64,000 nucleotides of DNA from Methanobacteriota archaeon (GCA_002689345.1 NZFU01000022.1:7687-71686); one strand, 5' to 3'; shown: positions 10,195 to 20,107, counted from the first letter of the stretch. The notes: generated by a model not told the origin, from the letters alone. Program-made: numbers and translations.

Positions 10195-11862
10195 TCACTC
10201 TTCTTCTTCACAAGGGAAAGAGGAAAGGAATTGATCAATATCAATAACACCACTTCCTTCGGTATCTGCTTTGTGGAAGATGAATCTATATTCATCGTTT
10301 GAGAAGTATATCTCTAATGCTTTCATGGAAGAAATAAATTCACTCAAAGTGAGATGATTATTGTCATATATATCGGCGGCCTTGAATGCCGCATGTCGAA
10401 TCTTTAAATCTGAAGGTGATGGATTTGAAAACAATTGAGTAAACGTTTGGAATGGAGTGGTTTTATTCTTGTAGTGCCTCTTTCCATAAAGGTTGAATGT
10501 AGCGATTCCAATAACTACTGCCGCTAGACCACCAATAATCGCTTTTTGACCCATAATGAAAACTAAAATTCCACCGGCCAAAATTCCGAAAATTTGTAAC
10601 CAAGGGTATAGCGGAGATTTGAATTTAGGATGGTACCACTCGTGTGCAAAATTAGCCTTTCTAAGGACAATTACGCTAAGGTTGAGAACCATGATTACCA
10701 TTATTTGGAAGCCGGAAGCAAGTTTTGCGACATCCTTTACAGGTAAGGTTAGCATACAAATCGCCATAGTTAATGCTGTGATAATTATCGCCCAGTGTGG
10801 CGTTTCAAATTTGGTATTGACATCTTCTAAGGATTGAGGTAACAAGTTATATCTAGCCATTGCGAATAAAAACCTAGACGATGCAAGAACTCCTGATAAC
10901 GCACCAGATATCATTGTCAAGACCGCTAAAATTGCAATTGTGATTCCTATATTTGTAGATGCAACAGCATCTACGAATGCAAAGACTGGGTCCTCTCTAG
11001 CACTTCCGTCTTCATTCAGCCACCATGTTCCATCAACCGATGCCATCATGATGAAAGTCACCAAACAATACAGAATAGTCACAATAAGAAGAGAGTAAAG
11101 AATTCCATGAGGTAAATTCTTTTGTGGATTTTTAACTTCTCCACCGATTGCACCGACTTTGATTATTCCAGCATAAGCAACGAATACCAATGCTGCAGCC
11201 TCACCGAGTAATCTAGGGTCGTTCTTAGACACATCCAATGCGCCATCTATTGGGCGTGAGAAGTCAATGTCTGATCCGAATAATTGAACAAAACAAATGA
11301 TGAGAAGTAATATTGTTGTAAATGCCAAAATAGGAGTCTGGAATGATTTAACTTTCTTGATCCCAAAAATATTCAATACTGTAATCAGAACCAATGCAGA
11401 CATCGCCATTGTCATTGAATTGACTGTGACTTCAAAAAATGTAGTTACAGCATAAAGATAAGCAGAAAAACCAATCAATGCAAATGCTGATTTTAGCAAG
11501 AACGAAGCCCACAATCCCAAGCCACTTATGGTTCCTAAAACCGGACCAAACGTCCTTTCCAAATACACATACGAGCCACCACTTTCAGGCATTGTTGAGG
11601 CTAATTCAGATTTGGAAATAGCACCAGGCAACACCACTAGAGCTGCTAAAAGAAATGCTAACCAAATACCAGGTCCCATGATTTCTGCAGCGAACGATGG
11701 TAAAACGAAAAGACCTGAGCCAATCATTGCAGCGAGTGAGATGATTATTACTCCAATTAAATTTAATGACCTTTCCAACTGACTTTTAACATCGGAAACA
11801 ACTGAGATTATGTCGCCTTTTAGCAACTTTTCTGTGGTTGATTTGATTCCCATATCATCCAC
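10195..11862 (-). CDS. APC-superfamily amino acid/polyamine permease with a C-terminal cytoplasmic EF-hand-like pair
   Basis: About 12 predicted TM helices with typical APC features (IGSGLFVLP near the N-terminus, long hydrophobic core). The C-terminal 68 aa (nt 10198-10401) contain two helix-loop-helix units with the loops DIYDNNHLTLSE and DTEGSGVIDIDQ. Confidence 0.75.
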   Translation of the reverse strand: MDDMGIKSTTEKLLKGDIISVVSDVKSQLERSLNLIGVIIISLAAMIGSGLFVLPSFAAEIMGPGIWLAFLLAALVVLPGAISKSELASTMPESGGSYVYLERTFGPVLGTISGLGLWASFLLKSAFALIGFSAYLYAVTTFFEVTVNSMTMAMSALVLITVLNIFGIKKVKSFQTPILAFTTILLLIICFVQLFGSDIDFSRPIDGALDVSKNDPRLLGEAAALVFVAYAGIIKVGAIGGEVKNPQKNLPHGILYSLLIVTILYCLVTFIMMASVDGTWWLNEDGSAREDPVFAFVDAVASTNIGITIAILAVLTMISGALSGVLASSRFLFAMARYNLLPQSLEDVNTKFETPHWAIIITALTMAICMLTLPVKDVAKLASGFQIMVIMVLNLSVIVLRKANFAHEWYHPKFKSPLYPWLQIFGILAGGILVFIMGQKAIIGGLAAVVIGIATFNLYGKRHYKNKTTPFQTFTQLFSNPSPSDLKIRHAAFKAADIYDNNHLTLSEFISSMKALEIYFSNDEYRFIFHKADTEGSGVIDIDQFLSSFPCEEEE

Positions 11863-11960
11863 ATCATCATCGATAAATCAGTACCGCTAATTACTTTCAC
11901 AAGCCAAGAGTAGTTATTTATTGCTACATACCGTTATTACAAATGCCCGAACTTGATAAT

Positions 11961-13349
11961 TCAAACTTTAGCGATAACTTTCATTTCAACCGCAATAGGT
12001 GTTGGAAGTGCTCGAATTGCTAGGGTGGTTCGGGTAGGCCCAACTTTGCCTAGAGTTTCAGCCCAAACTTCATTGTAGCCTGAAAAATCACGGTCCATAT
12101 CAATCAAGAATGAGGTTACATCAATCACTTTGTCTAATGATGAGCCAGCCTCTTCTAAAATTCTAGAGATATTATTGATTACAGCCCTAGTTTGAGCCTT
12201 TATGTCATAATTGAGAGGGTTGCCTGACAAATCTTTGATCGGCCCTCCCGGAATAGAATTGTCACCTGGCTGTCTTGGACCTACTCCTGAAAGATAGATG
12301 AGGTCACCCTCTCTTCTTGCATGGGGATATGCACCTACTGGTTTTGGAGCCTTGTTGGTATTTACTGAATTCTTACTTTCAACAGGTTCGTGTAGTGCCG
12401 GTCCGGAATTGGAAACTACATGCTCTAATTCTTCTTCTGAAGAATCGAGAACATTTCGATCTCCTCCATAGAACTCAACATCATCCTCATCGTATTCTTT
12501 GTCGCCAGTACCATTTGATTCTGGGTTTAATATTACAACTGCAGCACCAGCACCATGTATTGGCTCATAGGCTAGAACTTCTCCAGTCAAGTCATTTCGA
12601 TTATCATTCATAGCTGATAGCCACCACATCGGTTTGAATGCAACGACTTTCTTTATTCTGATTTGGTCATGAATCGTTCTACTTAATTGCCCAATATCCT
12701 CTAAGCGGCCCTCGGATAAGAACTCCAAGATTTTCTGATTCCATTCATCATCTTTTAGAGAATGAATCCTATCTTCATGTGGCTGAATCGGTTCTGTGAA
12801 CATCCGATTTGAAAGTGACATAACAGATACTGCAACTACTTTCTTTCCTTGCTGCTTCACTACATCTAAACAAGATTTAGCCAAAACGGTGGTTTCTGCT
12901 CGATTGGAATATACATTGGTCGAGCAGATAACCGCGGGTATTCGATTGTCGGGATTTAGTAACTCTAATGCCACAACTGAACCAACATCTACTGGAAAAC
13001 CATCATACGCTACAGTTCTTGATTCAAGACCTCTTGCAATATTCGCCTTATTCCATGCATGAGCAAAATCCGTATCGATTCTCAATGAATAGTGAATACT
13101 ACCTAAATCGTGGAAATCTGCGTCTACCATCACCCATTCAGGATTAGGATCTGCCTGGATTTGATGACCGATAACGCTGGGCCAAAGTGTAGAATAAATG
13201 ATAATTAAATCTGCATCACTTTCTTCAATCTGCTTTCTTGCTTCATCATAAGCATCACGAATTCTTTGCCATCCCTCATTTTTCTCAGGGCATAATACAG
13301 GATGAGGATGTGCTGGAACGATTAGGGATTTTATTACCTCTCCAGACAT
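11961..13349 (-). CDS. Fusion protein: class III (LigB-type) extradiol dioxygenase alpha-like subunit (AmnA-like) + acidic linker + RidA/YjgF/L-PSP-family deaminase domain (AmnD-like)
   Basis: The N-terminal ~285 aa (LIVPAHPHPVLCPE..., DADLIIIYSTLWPS) parallel the neighbouring LigB-type subunit. The C-terminal 133 aa (nt 11964-12362) read NKAPKPVGAYPHARREGDLIYLSGVGP...TTLAIRALPTPIAVEMKVIA, typical of RidA. The start overlaps the upstream stop as TAATG. Confidence 0.7.
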   Translation of the reverse strand: MSGEVIKSLIVPAHPHPVLCPEKNEGWQRIRDAYDEARKQIEESDADLIIIYSTLWPSVIGHQIQADPNPEWVMVDADFHDLGSIHYSLRIDTDFAHAWNKANIARGLESRTVAYDGFPVDVGSVVALELLNPDNRIPAVICSTNVYSNRAETTVLAKSCLDVVKQQGKKVVAVSVMSLSNRMFTEPIQPHEDRIHSLKDDEWNQKILEFLSEGRLEDIGQLSRTIHDQIRIKKVVAFKPMWWLSAMNDNRNDLTGEVLAYEPIHGAGAAVVILNPESNGTGDKEYDEDDVEFYGGDRNVLDSSEEELEHVVSNSGPALHEPVESKNSVNTNKAPKPVGAYPHARREGDLIYLSGVGPRQPGDNSIPGGPIKDLSGNPLNYDIKAQTRAVINNISRILEEAGSSLDKVIDVTSFLIDMDRDFSGYNEVWAETLGKVGPTRTTLAIRALPTPIAVEMKVIAKV

Positions 13350-14245
13350 TATTCATCACTCCATTCACGGCATGGCCATTCCATAATGGCATTACCTGTG
13401 CCAATAATCGTCCCATATCCATGCAAAGTTGCTGGCTCTGTAGGCATACCCATCGCTGAAAGTAACCAAGTCAAAGCCCCTCCATCTGTTTCAGAAATTG
13501 CTTGTTCACAAAATTCAGGCATTTCATCGATGATTTGTTTTGATTTACCTTGGCGCATCAATTCAATCATTCTCATGTCCCACAAATGCATCGCATGACT
13601 AGTGATATGTTCCTTGCTCATATCTTCGGGCGGGTTTGTTTCGGTAACAAAATGACGATGAGAGAGTGAATTACTCGCTAATAACAAACATTTCTTTCCA
13701 CTATTTTCTATCGCTTTGATAGTCGAACGTCCTAATTCAAGCATCATTTCTTGCATGACCTCTACCGAATAATATGAAAGGCTACGATTAGATGAAATCG
13801 ACACGATTGGTTTATCCCATTCTGGCCTAACCATATGGCAGGATACAATTGTTCCATAATCTACTCTGAAATCAGGATTATTCATCATTTTAACAGACAT
13901 TCCTTCGGCCTTTGCTAAATCGTGAATGTCTTGTGCTAAATCTACATCAATAGTCAAATCATAATCAAACCTGAACAAATTTGGAAATACTGGGTCGACA
14001 CTCTTTGAACGACATTTCTCCACACCAATGAAATGAGTGCCAATGTAAGTTTGCCAATGTGGTGACATGACTACAATTACATCATAGTCAACATCTTTGA
14101 GCGATTCTCGCAATCTCTCATAACCCCAACGTAATTGCTCCCATCCTCCTTCAGAAACTGGTTCGTTTTGCTCAGGATTATCTGCATAAACTAGGTGAGG
14201 AGGGTGTGGTGCAATACATCCTGCAACAATACTACCCTTCGCCAT
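13349..14245 (-). CDS. Class III extradiol ring-cleavage dioxygenase, catalytic beta subunit (2-aminophenol 1,6-dioxygenase AmnB-like)
   Basis: MAKGSIVAGCIAPHPPHLVYADNPEQNEPVSEGGWEQLRWGYERL...SPHW...FRVDYGT...SNSLSHRHF...WDMRMIELMRQGK...GTGNAIMEW. From memory this closely follows AmnB/LigB-type beta subunits. Not verified by search. Confidence 0.75.
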   Translation of the reverse strand: MAKGSIVAGCIAPHPPHLVYADNPEQNEPVSEGGWEQLRWGYERLRESLKDVDYDVIVVMSPHWQTYIGTHFIGVEKCRSKSVDPVFPNLFRFDYDLTIDVDLAQDIHDLAKAEGMSVKMMNNPDFRVDYGTIVSCHMVRPEWDKPIVSISSNRSLSYYSVEVMQEMMLELGRSTIKAIENSGKKCLLLASNSLSHRHFVTETNPPEDMSKEHITSHAMHLWDMRMIELMRQGKSKQIIDEMPEFCEQAISETDGGALTWLLSAMGMPTEPATLHGYGTIIGTGNAIMEWPCREWSDE

Positions 14246-14300
14246 AACTCCGCCAAGAGGTTCCGCATCTTCTATTCATCGGCGACGACTGGCCCACAAT

Positions 14301-14711
14301 ATGGGAGAAAAACTCGACCTGAAATTTCGCCACGTGGTCTGGCCTACTTTTTTGGAAATTATATTGCTCTCAGTTTGTGTGCTCATTTTAGATGAAAACA
14401 AGTACCCCCCGGTAATTATTTCATTAATTCTAATGATTGCTTTTTCTCCATTACTAGCATACCTAACACGGTCTGGAAATAAGCGTGAACATGCGATTGG
14501 GGTAGGTATTGTTTGCGTACCAGTAGCTGGGTTATGGATAGTCGGACCTAATTATTTCAATGTCGCAATTCCGTTCCTAGTATGGGTTTGGCTGTGTGCA
14601 TCTTGGTCGAAAAAGGAACACCCGCCATTCCGCTATGGGATATGGCATGGGTTTGGAATTGCTTCCAGTATTCTTCCGGGCTCAATTTTAATCGGAGCAC
14701 TACTTCAGTAG
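14301..14711 (+). CDS. Small integral membrane protein (about 4 TM), function unknown
   Basis: The 136-aa ORF is strongly hydrophobic with Trp-rich helices. It is the only + strand gene inside a long - strand cluster. Its TAG (14709-14711) overlaps the panB stop (14705-14707) by 7 nt. Confidence 0.5.
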   Translation: MGEKLDLKFRHVVWPTFLEIILLSVCVLILDENKYPPVIISLILMIAFSPLLAYLTRSGNKREHAIGVGIVCVPVAGLWIVGPNYFNVAIPFLVWVWLCASWSKKEHPPFRYGIWHGFGIASSILPGSILIGALLQ

Positions 14712-15520
14712 GATTCCTCATCATTAGGGAAATCTCCGCTCCTAACATCTGAGCAATAATTTTCAACCGCTCCTGTGATTTGGTTTTCCAAATCTAAATA
14801 TCGTCGTAAAAATCTCGGGCTAAAATCAGTTGTGATTCCTAGCATATCATGCAGAACTAGAACTTGTCCGTCACAGTCACCACCAGCTCCAATGCCAATC
14901 GTTGGAATTGAAATCGCTTCACTAACTTGTTTTGCTAGATGAGCAGGTATCTTCTCAAACACAATTGCAAAGCATCCCGCATCTTCCAATAACTTAGCAT
15001 CAGAGATCAATTTTGCAGCCTCTTCTTCTTCCTTGGCTCTTACGGTATATGTTCCGAATTTGTATATTGATTGAGGTGTTAGACCTAAGTGCCCCATTAC
15101 TGGTATTCCAGCTGTTAGAATTCTTTGAACACTTTCGACAATTTCAGAACCTCCTTCGAGTTTTACTGCATGACCTCCAGATTCTTTCATTATTCGGATT
15201 GCACTCTCAAGAGCTATTGCAGAATTCCCTTGATATGTACCAAATGGCATATCGACGACAATAAGTGCCCTATCTACGGCTCTTTCAACACATTGTGCAT
15301 GGTATATCATGTGTTCAAGACTCATAGGAACTGTCGTATCACGGCCAGCCATAACATTTGAAGCGGAGTCGCCAACAAGAATTACATCAACACCGCCACG
15401 GTCCACTAACTTAGCTAGACTGTAATCATATGCTGTCAACATAGTGATTTTTTCACCCGCCCTCTTCATTTCCTGAAGAGTGTGAGTGGTCACTTTGCGA
15501 GCGTTTGCATGTACTGACAT
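14705..15520 (-). CDS. panB: 3-methyl-2-oxobutanoate hydroxymethyltransferase (ketopantoate hydroxymethyltransferase)
   Basis: [36 protein letters not shown]...[10 protein letters not shown]...[10 protein letters not shown]...[14 protein letters not shown]. This is a full-length PanB signature. Confidence 0.9.
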   Translation of the reverse strand: MSVHANARKVTTHTLQEMKRAGEKITMLTAYDYSLAKLVDRGGVDVILVGDSASNVMAGRDTTVPMSLEHMIYHAQCVERAVDRALIVVDMPFGTYQGNSAIALESAIRIMKESGGHAVKLEGGSEIVESVQRILTAGIPVMGHLGLTPQSIYKFGTYTVRAKEEEEAAKLISDAKLLEDAGCFAIVFEKIPAHLAKQVSEAISIPTIGIGAGGDCDGQVLVLHDMLGITTDFSPRFLRRYLDLENQITGAVENYCSDVRSGDFPNDEESY

Positions 15521-15557
15521 GTGCGTGCCTCAAACAGTCCGACACGTATCTTAGCCT

Positions 15558-16937
15558 TCAATCTTCCATGACGCAAATATTGACTGCTTCGCTAAAGAAA
15601 CCAATGGACCAAAGACCACCTTCACGGCCAACACCGCTATCTTTTACTCCACCGAATGGAACTCGTAAATCACGGTGTAGCCATGTGTTAACCCACACCA
15701 TTCCTGATTCGATTTTCTCAGCTACTTGACGGCCCCTAGATTTAGACCAAACACTTCCGGCAAGACCGTATTGTGTACAGTTTGCCATCTCAATTGCTTC
15801 TTGTTCTGTTTCAAAGGAATGAACTGTAACTACTGGGCCAAAAATTTCCTCAGTAGCAGTTCTAGATGTATGCGATAATCCCGAAATTACTGTTGCATCG
15901 ATCCACGCACCTGCTTTGTCAGGAATACATCCTCCTGCCAAAACTTCACCACCTTCTTGCTTGGCTAATTCAATGTATGACATCACTTTCGAGCGATGCT
16001 CCTCACTAATTACAGGCCCTATTTCAAAATCTTGTAACTCGTGAAGATACTTTGCCATAAATTCATCATAAATCGAAGAATGAACTAGAACTCTTGAACC
16101 GCATAAACAAATCTGTCCTGAATTGAGGAATGATGCCCTAAGAACACCAGGAACTGCGATATCTAAATCAGCATCCTGCAATACTATTGATGAGTTTTTA
16201 CCACCTAATTCTAAACTTAATTTTTTGAACATTGGAGCCGCTGTTGCCGCTACTATTTTTCCTGTAGCGGTGCCTCCAGTAAAGGAAATTGCTTTGATTT
16301 CAGGATGCTCAACTATTGCTTGTCCAACCTCTGGACCGTAACCATTTACAATATTGAGAACGCCGTCTGGTAGCCCGATGTCAGTACAGATTCGCCCCAA
16401 GAAATGAGCGGTTAAAGGCGTTATTTCGCTTGGTTTAGCAATTACTGTATTTCCCATCAGTAAGGCTGGTGCTATCTTCCATGAAAGTAGGTAAAGAGGG
16501 AGATTCCAGGGTGAAATTAATCCAACCACTCCGATTGGTTTGCGAATTACATAATTTGTTGCATCTGCCATTTCAAAGGTTTCTGATTTTAGTGAACGTC
16601 CAAATTCTGCAAAGAATCTGAAGTTGTTTACTGAGCGATTAGCATCGACATCCAGGGCAACAGAATACGGTTTCCCTGTATCCAATGACTCCAATCGAGC
16701 CACTTCTTCGATTTGTAATTCCAATGCATTAGCTATCTTGTCAAGCCATACACATCTTTCTTCAATTGTTAGCCCGCTCCAAATAGGGAGTGCTGCTTTC
16801 GCTGCATTTACAGCATCATCTACATTTTTTGTTCGAGGAATCTTAGCGATTACTGAATTATCTAGAGGAGATATGTCGTCGAAAAATTCGTCAGGAGTTA
16901 CAAATTCCCCTCCTACTAAATTCTCTACCCGTATCAC
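15558..16937 (-). CDS. NAD(P)-dependent aldehyde dehydrogenase, 2-aminomuconic/2-hydroxymuconic semialdehyde dehydrogenase-like (AmnC/XylG-like)
   Basis: ALDH motifs are present: FTGGTATGK, LELGGKNS, GQICLCGSR (catalytic Cys), EEIFGPV. It has a GTG start, and GTGA overlaps the upstream stop. The subfamily call is inferred from the neighbouring AmnAB-like genes. Confidence 0.8.
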   Translation of the reverse strand: MIRVENLVGGEFVTPDEFFDDISPLDNSVIAKIPRTKNVDDAVNAAKAALPIWSGLTIEERCVWLDKIANALELQIEEVARLESLDTGKPYSVALDVDANRSVNNFRFFAEFGRSLKSETFEMADATNYVIRKPIGVVGLISPWNLPLYLLSWKIAPALLMGNTVIAKPSEITPLTAHFLGRICTDIGLPDGVLNIVNGYGPEVGQAIVEHPEIKAISFTGGTATGKIVAATAAPMFKKLSLELGGKNSSIVLQDADLDIAVPGVLRASFLNSGQICLCGSRVLVHSSIYDEFMAKYLHELQDFEIGPVISEEHRSKVMSYIELAKQEGGEVLAGGCIPDKAGAWIDATVISGLSHTSRTATEEIFGPVVTVHSFETEQEAIEMANCTQYGLAGSVWSKSRGRQVAEKIESGMVWVNTWLHRDLRVPFGGVKDSGVGREGGLWSIGFFSEAVNICVMED

Positions 16938-18049
16938 GCGTCCACCTCATAGTGCCACCTATCTTGGTCTGGGTCCCATTCATCCCAAGTTGGGATAGTT
17001 TCCAAGACTCCATTAAGTGATTCAGGAACAATTCCTGAAACAATGAACGCTTTTTGTCTGTGCAAAGGATATGGATTTCGTAATTCTATACCTAAACAAC
17101 CCAAAATCGACCTTGCGATATACCATGTAGCTTGGGAGTTCCAGCCATGAGCTATTTTCACTACAATCCCCAGACCTTTTGGATAGTCTGGATGTTCAAT
17201 CGCCATACCTAAGAGACCATCAGCACCCTCTTTTGCTATGACTTTACCTTCTCCGATTTTCAGTATTGTAGAATCCAATCTGTTGAATCCTCCAACCAAA
17301 TCTGGATGCCTGCACATCGCTTCCCAAATCCAATCTGAATCCTTATCTCTAACTAAACCAGCATAGATCTTAGCCAATTCTGACACTGTATTCGAAACAG
17401 TAGGAAGGCCACAACCATCCTTTGCAATACGCAAAGGAGTCCAATCATCACCTAGGTACCTTCTGATTTGCTCCATATATGCAGCAAATACCTGATGTGT
17501 GGGCAAAGTGTAACCTGCACGATTCCAACCCTTGGCCTTGCATCCTGCGAGTATTGCAGCATGCTCACCACTACAGGTGTGATACCAACGTCTAGGACGC
17601 CTCACTTGGCGACCAAATTGAATCAATGGCACATCCACTGGTGTAAGCATCAGCGGCCATTCTGCCTCGGTTAGAAGTGATTGTGCTGCCGCTACATGTT
17701 CAGTATCTCCATTATGGCTTGCAACTGCGATCGCTTTTTGCTCCCATGTATGGTCATCTAACTCTTTGGTGAATGCCTTAAGCATGAACGGTTTCATCAT
17801 TGAACGACCATAGCATAGGACATTTCCGCCAAATGAATGTATTACTTCATCACCATGACACCAAGCCACAGCACCGTGAATTGTGGTTTCTGAAACCCCA
17901 TTTCTTCTGTAATCAACCAAAGGTTCCCATTCAACATCTCGACCTGTAGGGATACCTTCAACATCCTCTCCCAATGGTGAGTTTGGATAGATAGCAGAAC
18001 CTGGTTTGCCAGGAGCTACAGCGGAATTTTTGTCGTGCCTAAGACTCAT
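16934..18049 (-). CDS. Asparaginase II family (PF06089-like) protein
   Basis: ETTIHGAVAW...GRSMMKPFMLKAF...ASHNGDTEHVAAAQSLL...CSGEHAAILAGC...KEGADGL. This matches my recollection of the Rhizobium-type asparaginase II family pattern (RS..KP.Q, SH.GE..H, CSGKHA). Confidence 0.6.
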   Translation of the reverse strand: MSLRHDKNSAVAPGKPGSAIYPNSPLGEDVEGIPTGRDVEWEPLVDYRRNGVSETTIHGAVAWCHGDEVIHSFGGNVLCYGRSMMKPFMLKAFTKELDDHTWEQKAIAVASHNGDTEHVAAAQSLLTEAEWPLMLTPVDVPLIQFGRQVRRPRRWYHTCSGEHAAILAGCKAKGWNRAGYTLPTHQVFAAYMEQIRRYLGDDWTPLRIAKDGCGLPTVSNTVSELAKIYAGLVRDKDSDWIWEAMCRHPDLVGGFNRLDSTILKIGEGKVIAKEGADGLLGMAIEHPDYPKGLGIVVKIAHGWNSQATWYIARSILGCLGIELRNPYPLHRQKAFIVSGIVPESLNGVLETIPTWDEWDPDQDRWHYEVDA

Positions 18050-18053
18050 TAAA

Positions 18054-19265
18054 TCACCCCAGTAACGGTACTACTTCGCTCCACCATGCTTCCATGTTAC
18101 GAATAACTCTCTCACTATCATGATTAAAGAAATCAAACCAGCACATTAAACGATCATCAGGATGAAACCTGTCCTTAACTTGTAAGGCAACATCCTCTGG
18201 ATTTCCAATCAGAGCATTATCGACTGCCTTTTCAACTTTCGAAGGGTCTAATGTTCCTTCCAATGCTTTCCAATACTCTCCCAACGCTAGACGTGCTTCT
18301 TCATGTGCAGCCTCAGTTTGCTCCTGTGGACTCAGGTGAGGTTCGGCATTTAGGAAAACAAATGTTGTCCTTGGCATGTCTCTTCTTTGCCATTTTCCGC
18401 CATCAGGGTGGAACAGTTTACTCATTCTTTCATGTGTTGAATCAATAATTTCCGGAGAGGTTATTGAAAGATTGAATACTTTGACCGGTAAGAAATTATT
18501 GACAAATTCCTGTGCTCTCGGGTCATGAGTTCCAGCGATTAATTCCAACTGTGAACGAGGCCAATTTTTGGGGATGATGGATATTTCCTCGAAATCGTAT
18601 CTTCTATCGATTTTTATTTTGTCAGCAGATTCACCTGCGGCTTCTTGTACAGCTTGCCAATCTTCATCGGAACGGAAATTATCTCTAGTAAGAATTGTTT
18701 CTCTGACATCATCTGAATGAATTGTGTCACCTCTTAATAATCTCAAAAATATCTCACTCGCTTCCATGAAAATTTGGCCCCGAAGTGCAGGCCAAGAGGC
18801 TTCTTCAATGGAGTTGCGTGGGACGATTCCGTATGGTCTTGCCATGAATTCAAATCGGCCAGCGCTAAACCCGACATGCAATTTTCTACTAGAATCCATA
18901 TGGGAAAGAAATTGAACTGTATTTGCTACTCTTTCCGCTTGAGCAATAGGACCTCCGCTGGCTAGAATACTTACCACTGCTGAACCTACGTCAATTCTCT
19001 TAGTTCTTCTAAATGATTCCATTGCTAGTTGACAAAAATCAGTACACAAACCAACTTCTCCTCTCCAATGTGGAACTACCGGTTTGGAATTCTGTTGCTG
19101 AGTTTGAGTAGACAAATGTGCTTGTGCTAGCCATGCAACTCCAAAACCTAAACGGTCTGCTGCCTCTAATTGATTATAATAATTGGAGAACATTTCTGAT
19201 TCACTAGGTGTAAATCCATTATGGTCGGGAGTCTGTGATATTGAGAAGAATATGTCGAACTCCAT
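18054..19265 (-). CDS. Luciferase-like (LLM class) flavin-dependent monooxygenase/oxidoreductase
   Basis: MEFDIFFSISQTPDHNGFTPSESEMFSNYYNQLEAADRLGFGVAWLAQAHLS is a typical LLM N-terminus, and the ~400-aa length fits. Confidence 0.7.
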   Translation of the reverse strand: MEFDIFFSISQTPDHNGFTPSESEMFSNYYNQLEAADRLGFGVAWLAQAHLSTQTQQQNSKPVVPHWRGEVGLCTDFCQLAMESFRRTKRIDVGSAVVSILASGGPIAQAERVANTVQFLSHMDSSRKLHVGFSAGRFEFMARPYGIVPRNSIEEASWPALRGQIFMEASEIFLRLLRGDTIHSDDVRETILTRDNFRSDEDWQAVQEAAGESADKIKIDRRYDFEEISIIPKNWPRSQLELIAGTHDPRAQEFVNNFLPVKVFNLSITSPEIIDSTHERMSKLFHPDGGKWQRRDMPRTTFVFLNAEPHLSPQEQTEAAHEEARLALGEYWKALEGTLDPSKVEKAVDNALIGNPEDVALQVKDRFHPDDRLMCWFDFFNHDSERVIRNMEAWWSEVVPLLG

Positions 19266-19270
19266 GTAAT

Positions 19271-19290
19271 CCCTCTCCTATGGGAGAGGG
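19271..19290. other. GC-rich perfect stem-loop (8 bp, loop TATG) in a 44-bp spacer
   Basis: CCCTCTCC-TATG-GGAGAGGG lies between the TPR-like gene stop (19310) and the LLM gene start (19265). Confidence 0.5.
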
Positions 19291-19309
19291 GCCCGATGTA
19301 TCAACATCA

Positions 19310-20107
19310 CTATTCAGCGGTAAGTTTGGAAACTCGTTCTCTCACTGGCTTGGGAACTACTTCCCCGGCTTCCATGAATACCGTCATTACCTCTGAAAGT
19401 TGGACCATGGCTTCATCTGGTTGGTTGGAAATTTCTGCTAAATCGGCCAACCCCCATCTCGAAACTAATATTCCAGATAACTCCTGCAATTCTGTTGCAA
19501 GGGCTAGAGATTCTATCAGCATAGCTTGTGCTTGGTCCAATTCACCCAAAGTAGAATGGGAATGTGCCAAATCTGCAAGTGCTTCCATACGCTCAAACTT
19601 CTCGGTTTCAGGAATTATCTCTAACCTTTTTTGCAGATGCAATTGACTGCGCTCAAAATCTTCTTCTGATTTAGCGATATGAGCAAGCAAAGCATGGCCA
19701 TAAATCATACCTTCTAAATCCTCTGCCTCCTCTCTGAGGCGCATTGAACGATTAGCAAATACTCCCGCTTCATCGCTGCCTAATGACATCAATGAAACAT
19801 GGTGGAATACACCTGCTGCTAATCCTGCTAATCCTTCTCTCTCTGAATGAACCCCTAGTCCAATTAATTCATCCTTAGTCGCCCCTTGATGCTTCAAGAG
19901 TTCGAACTGGCACCAACCTTGATCCTCTGGATTCAAAGAGACCTTACCGGCATGGTCCAGCAAACGCTCAACCAAAGCATCTCTTCCAAGTTCTCTCGCA
20001 AGGTCAACTAAGTGTAATGCAAGGCTTGTATTGACAGATTCAAGACCTTCGCCTTCTGCAAACATCTCGAGAACTTCTTCTGCTTGTGATTGATTCATTA
20101 CTGGCAA
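19310..20107 (-). CDS. Hypothetical all-helical (TPR-like repeat) protein
   Basis: The 265-aa acidic protein shows repeated amphipathic helix pairs (e.g. ALADLAHSHSTLGELDQAQAMLIESLALATEL). It has no catalytic motifs and is embedded in the co-directional cluster. Confidence 0.5.
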   Translation of the reverse strand: MPVMNQSQAEEVLEMFAEGEGLESVNTSLALHLVDLARELGRDALVERLLDHAGKVSLNPEDQGWCQFELLKHQGATKDELIGLGVHSEREGLAGLAAGVFHHVSLMSLGSDEAGVFANRSMRLREEAEDLEGMIYGHALLAHIAKSEEDFERSQLHLQKRLEIIPETEKFERMEALADLAHSHSTLGELDQAQAMLIESLALATELQELSGILVSRWGLADLAEISNQPDEAMVQLSEVMTVFMEAGEVVPKPVRERVSKLTAE

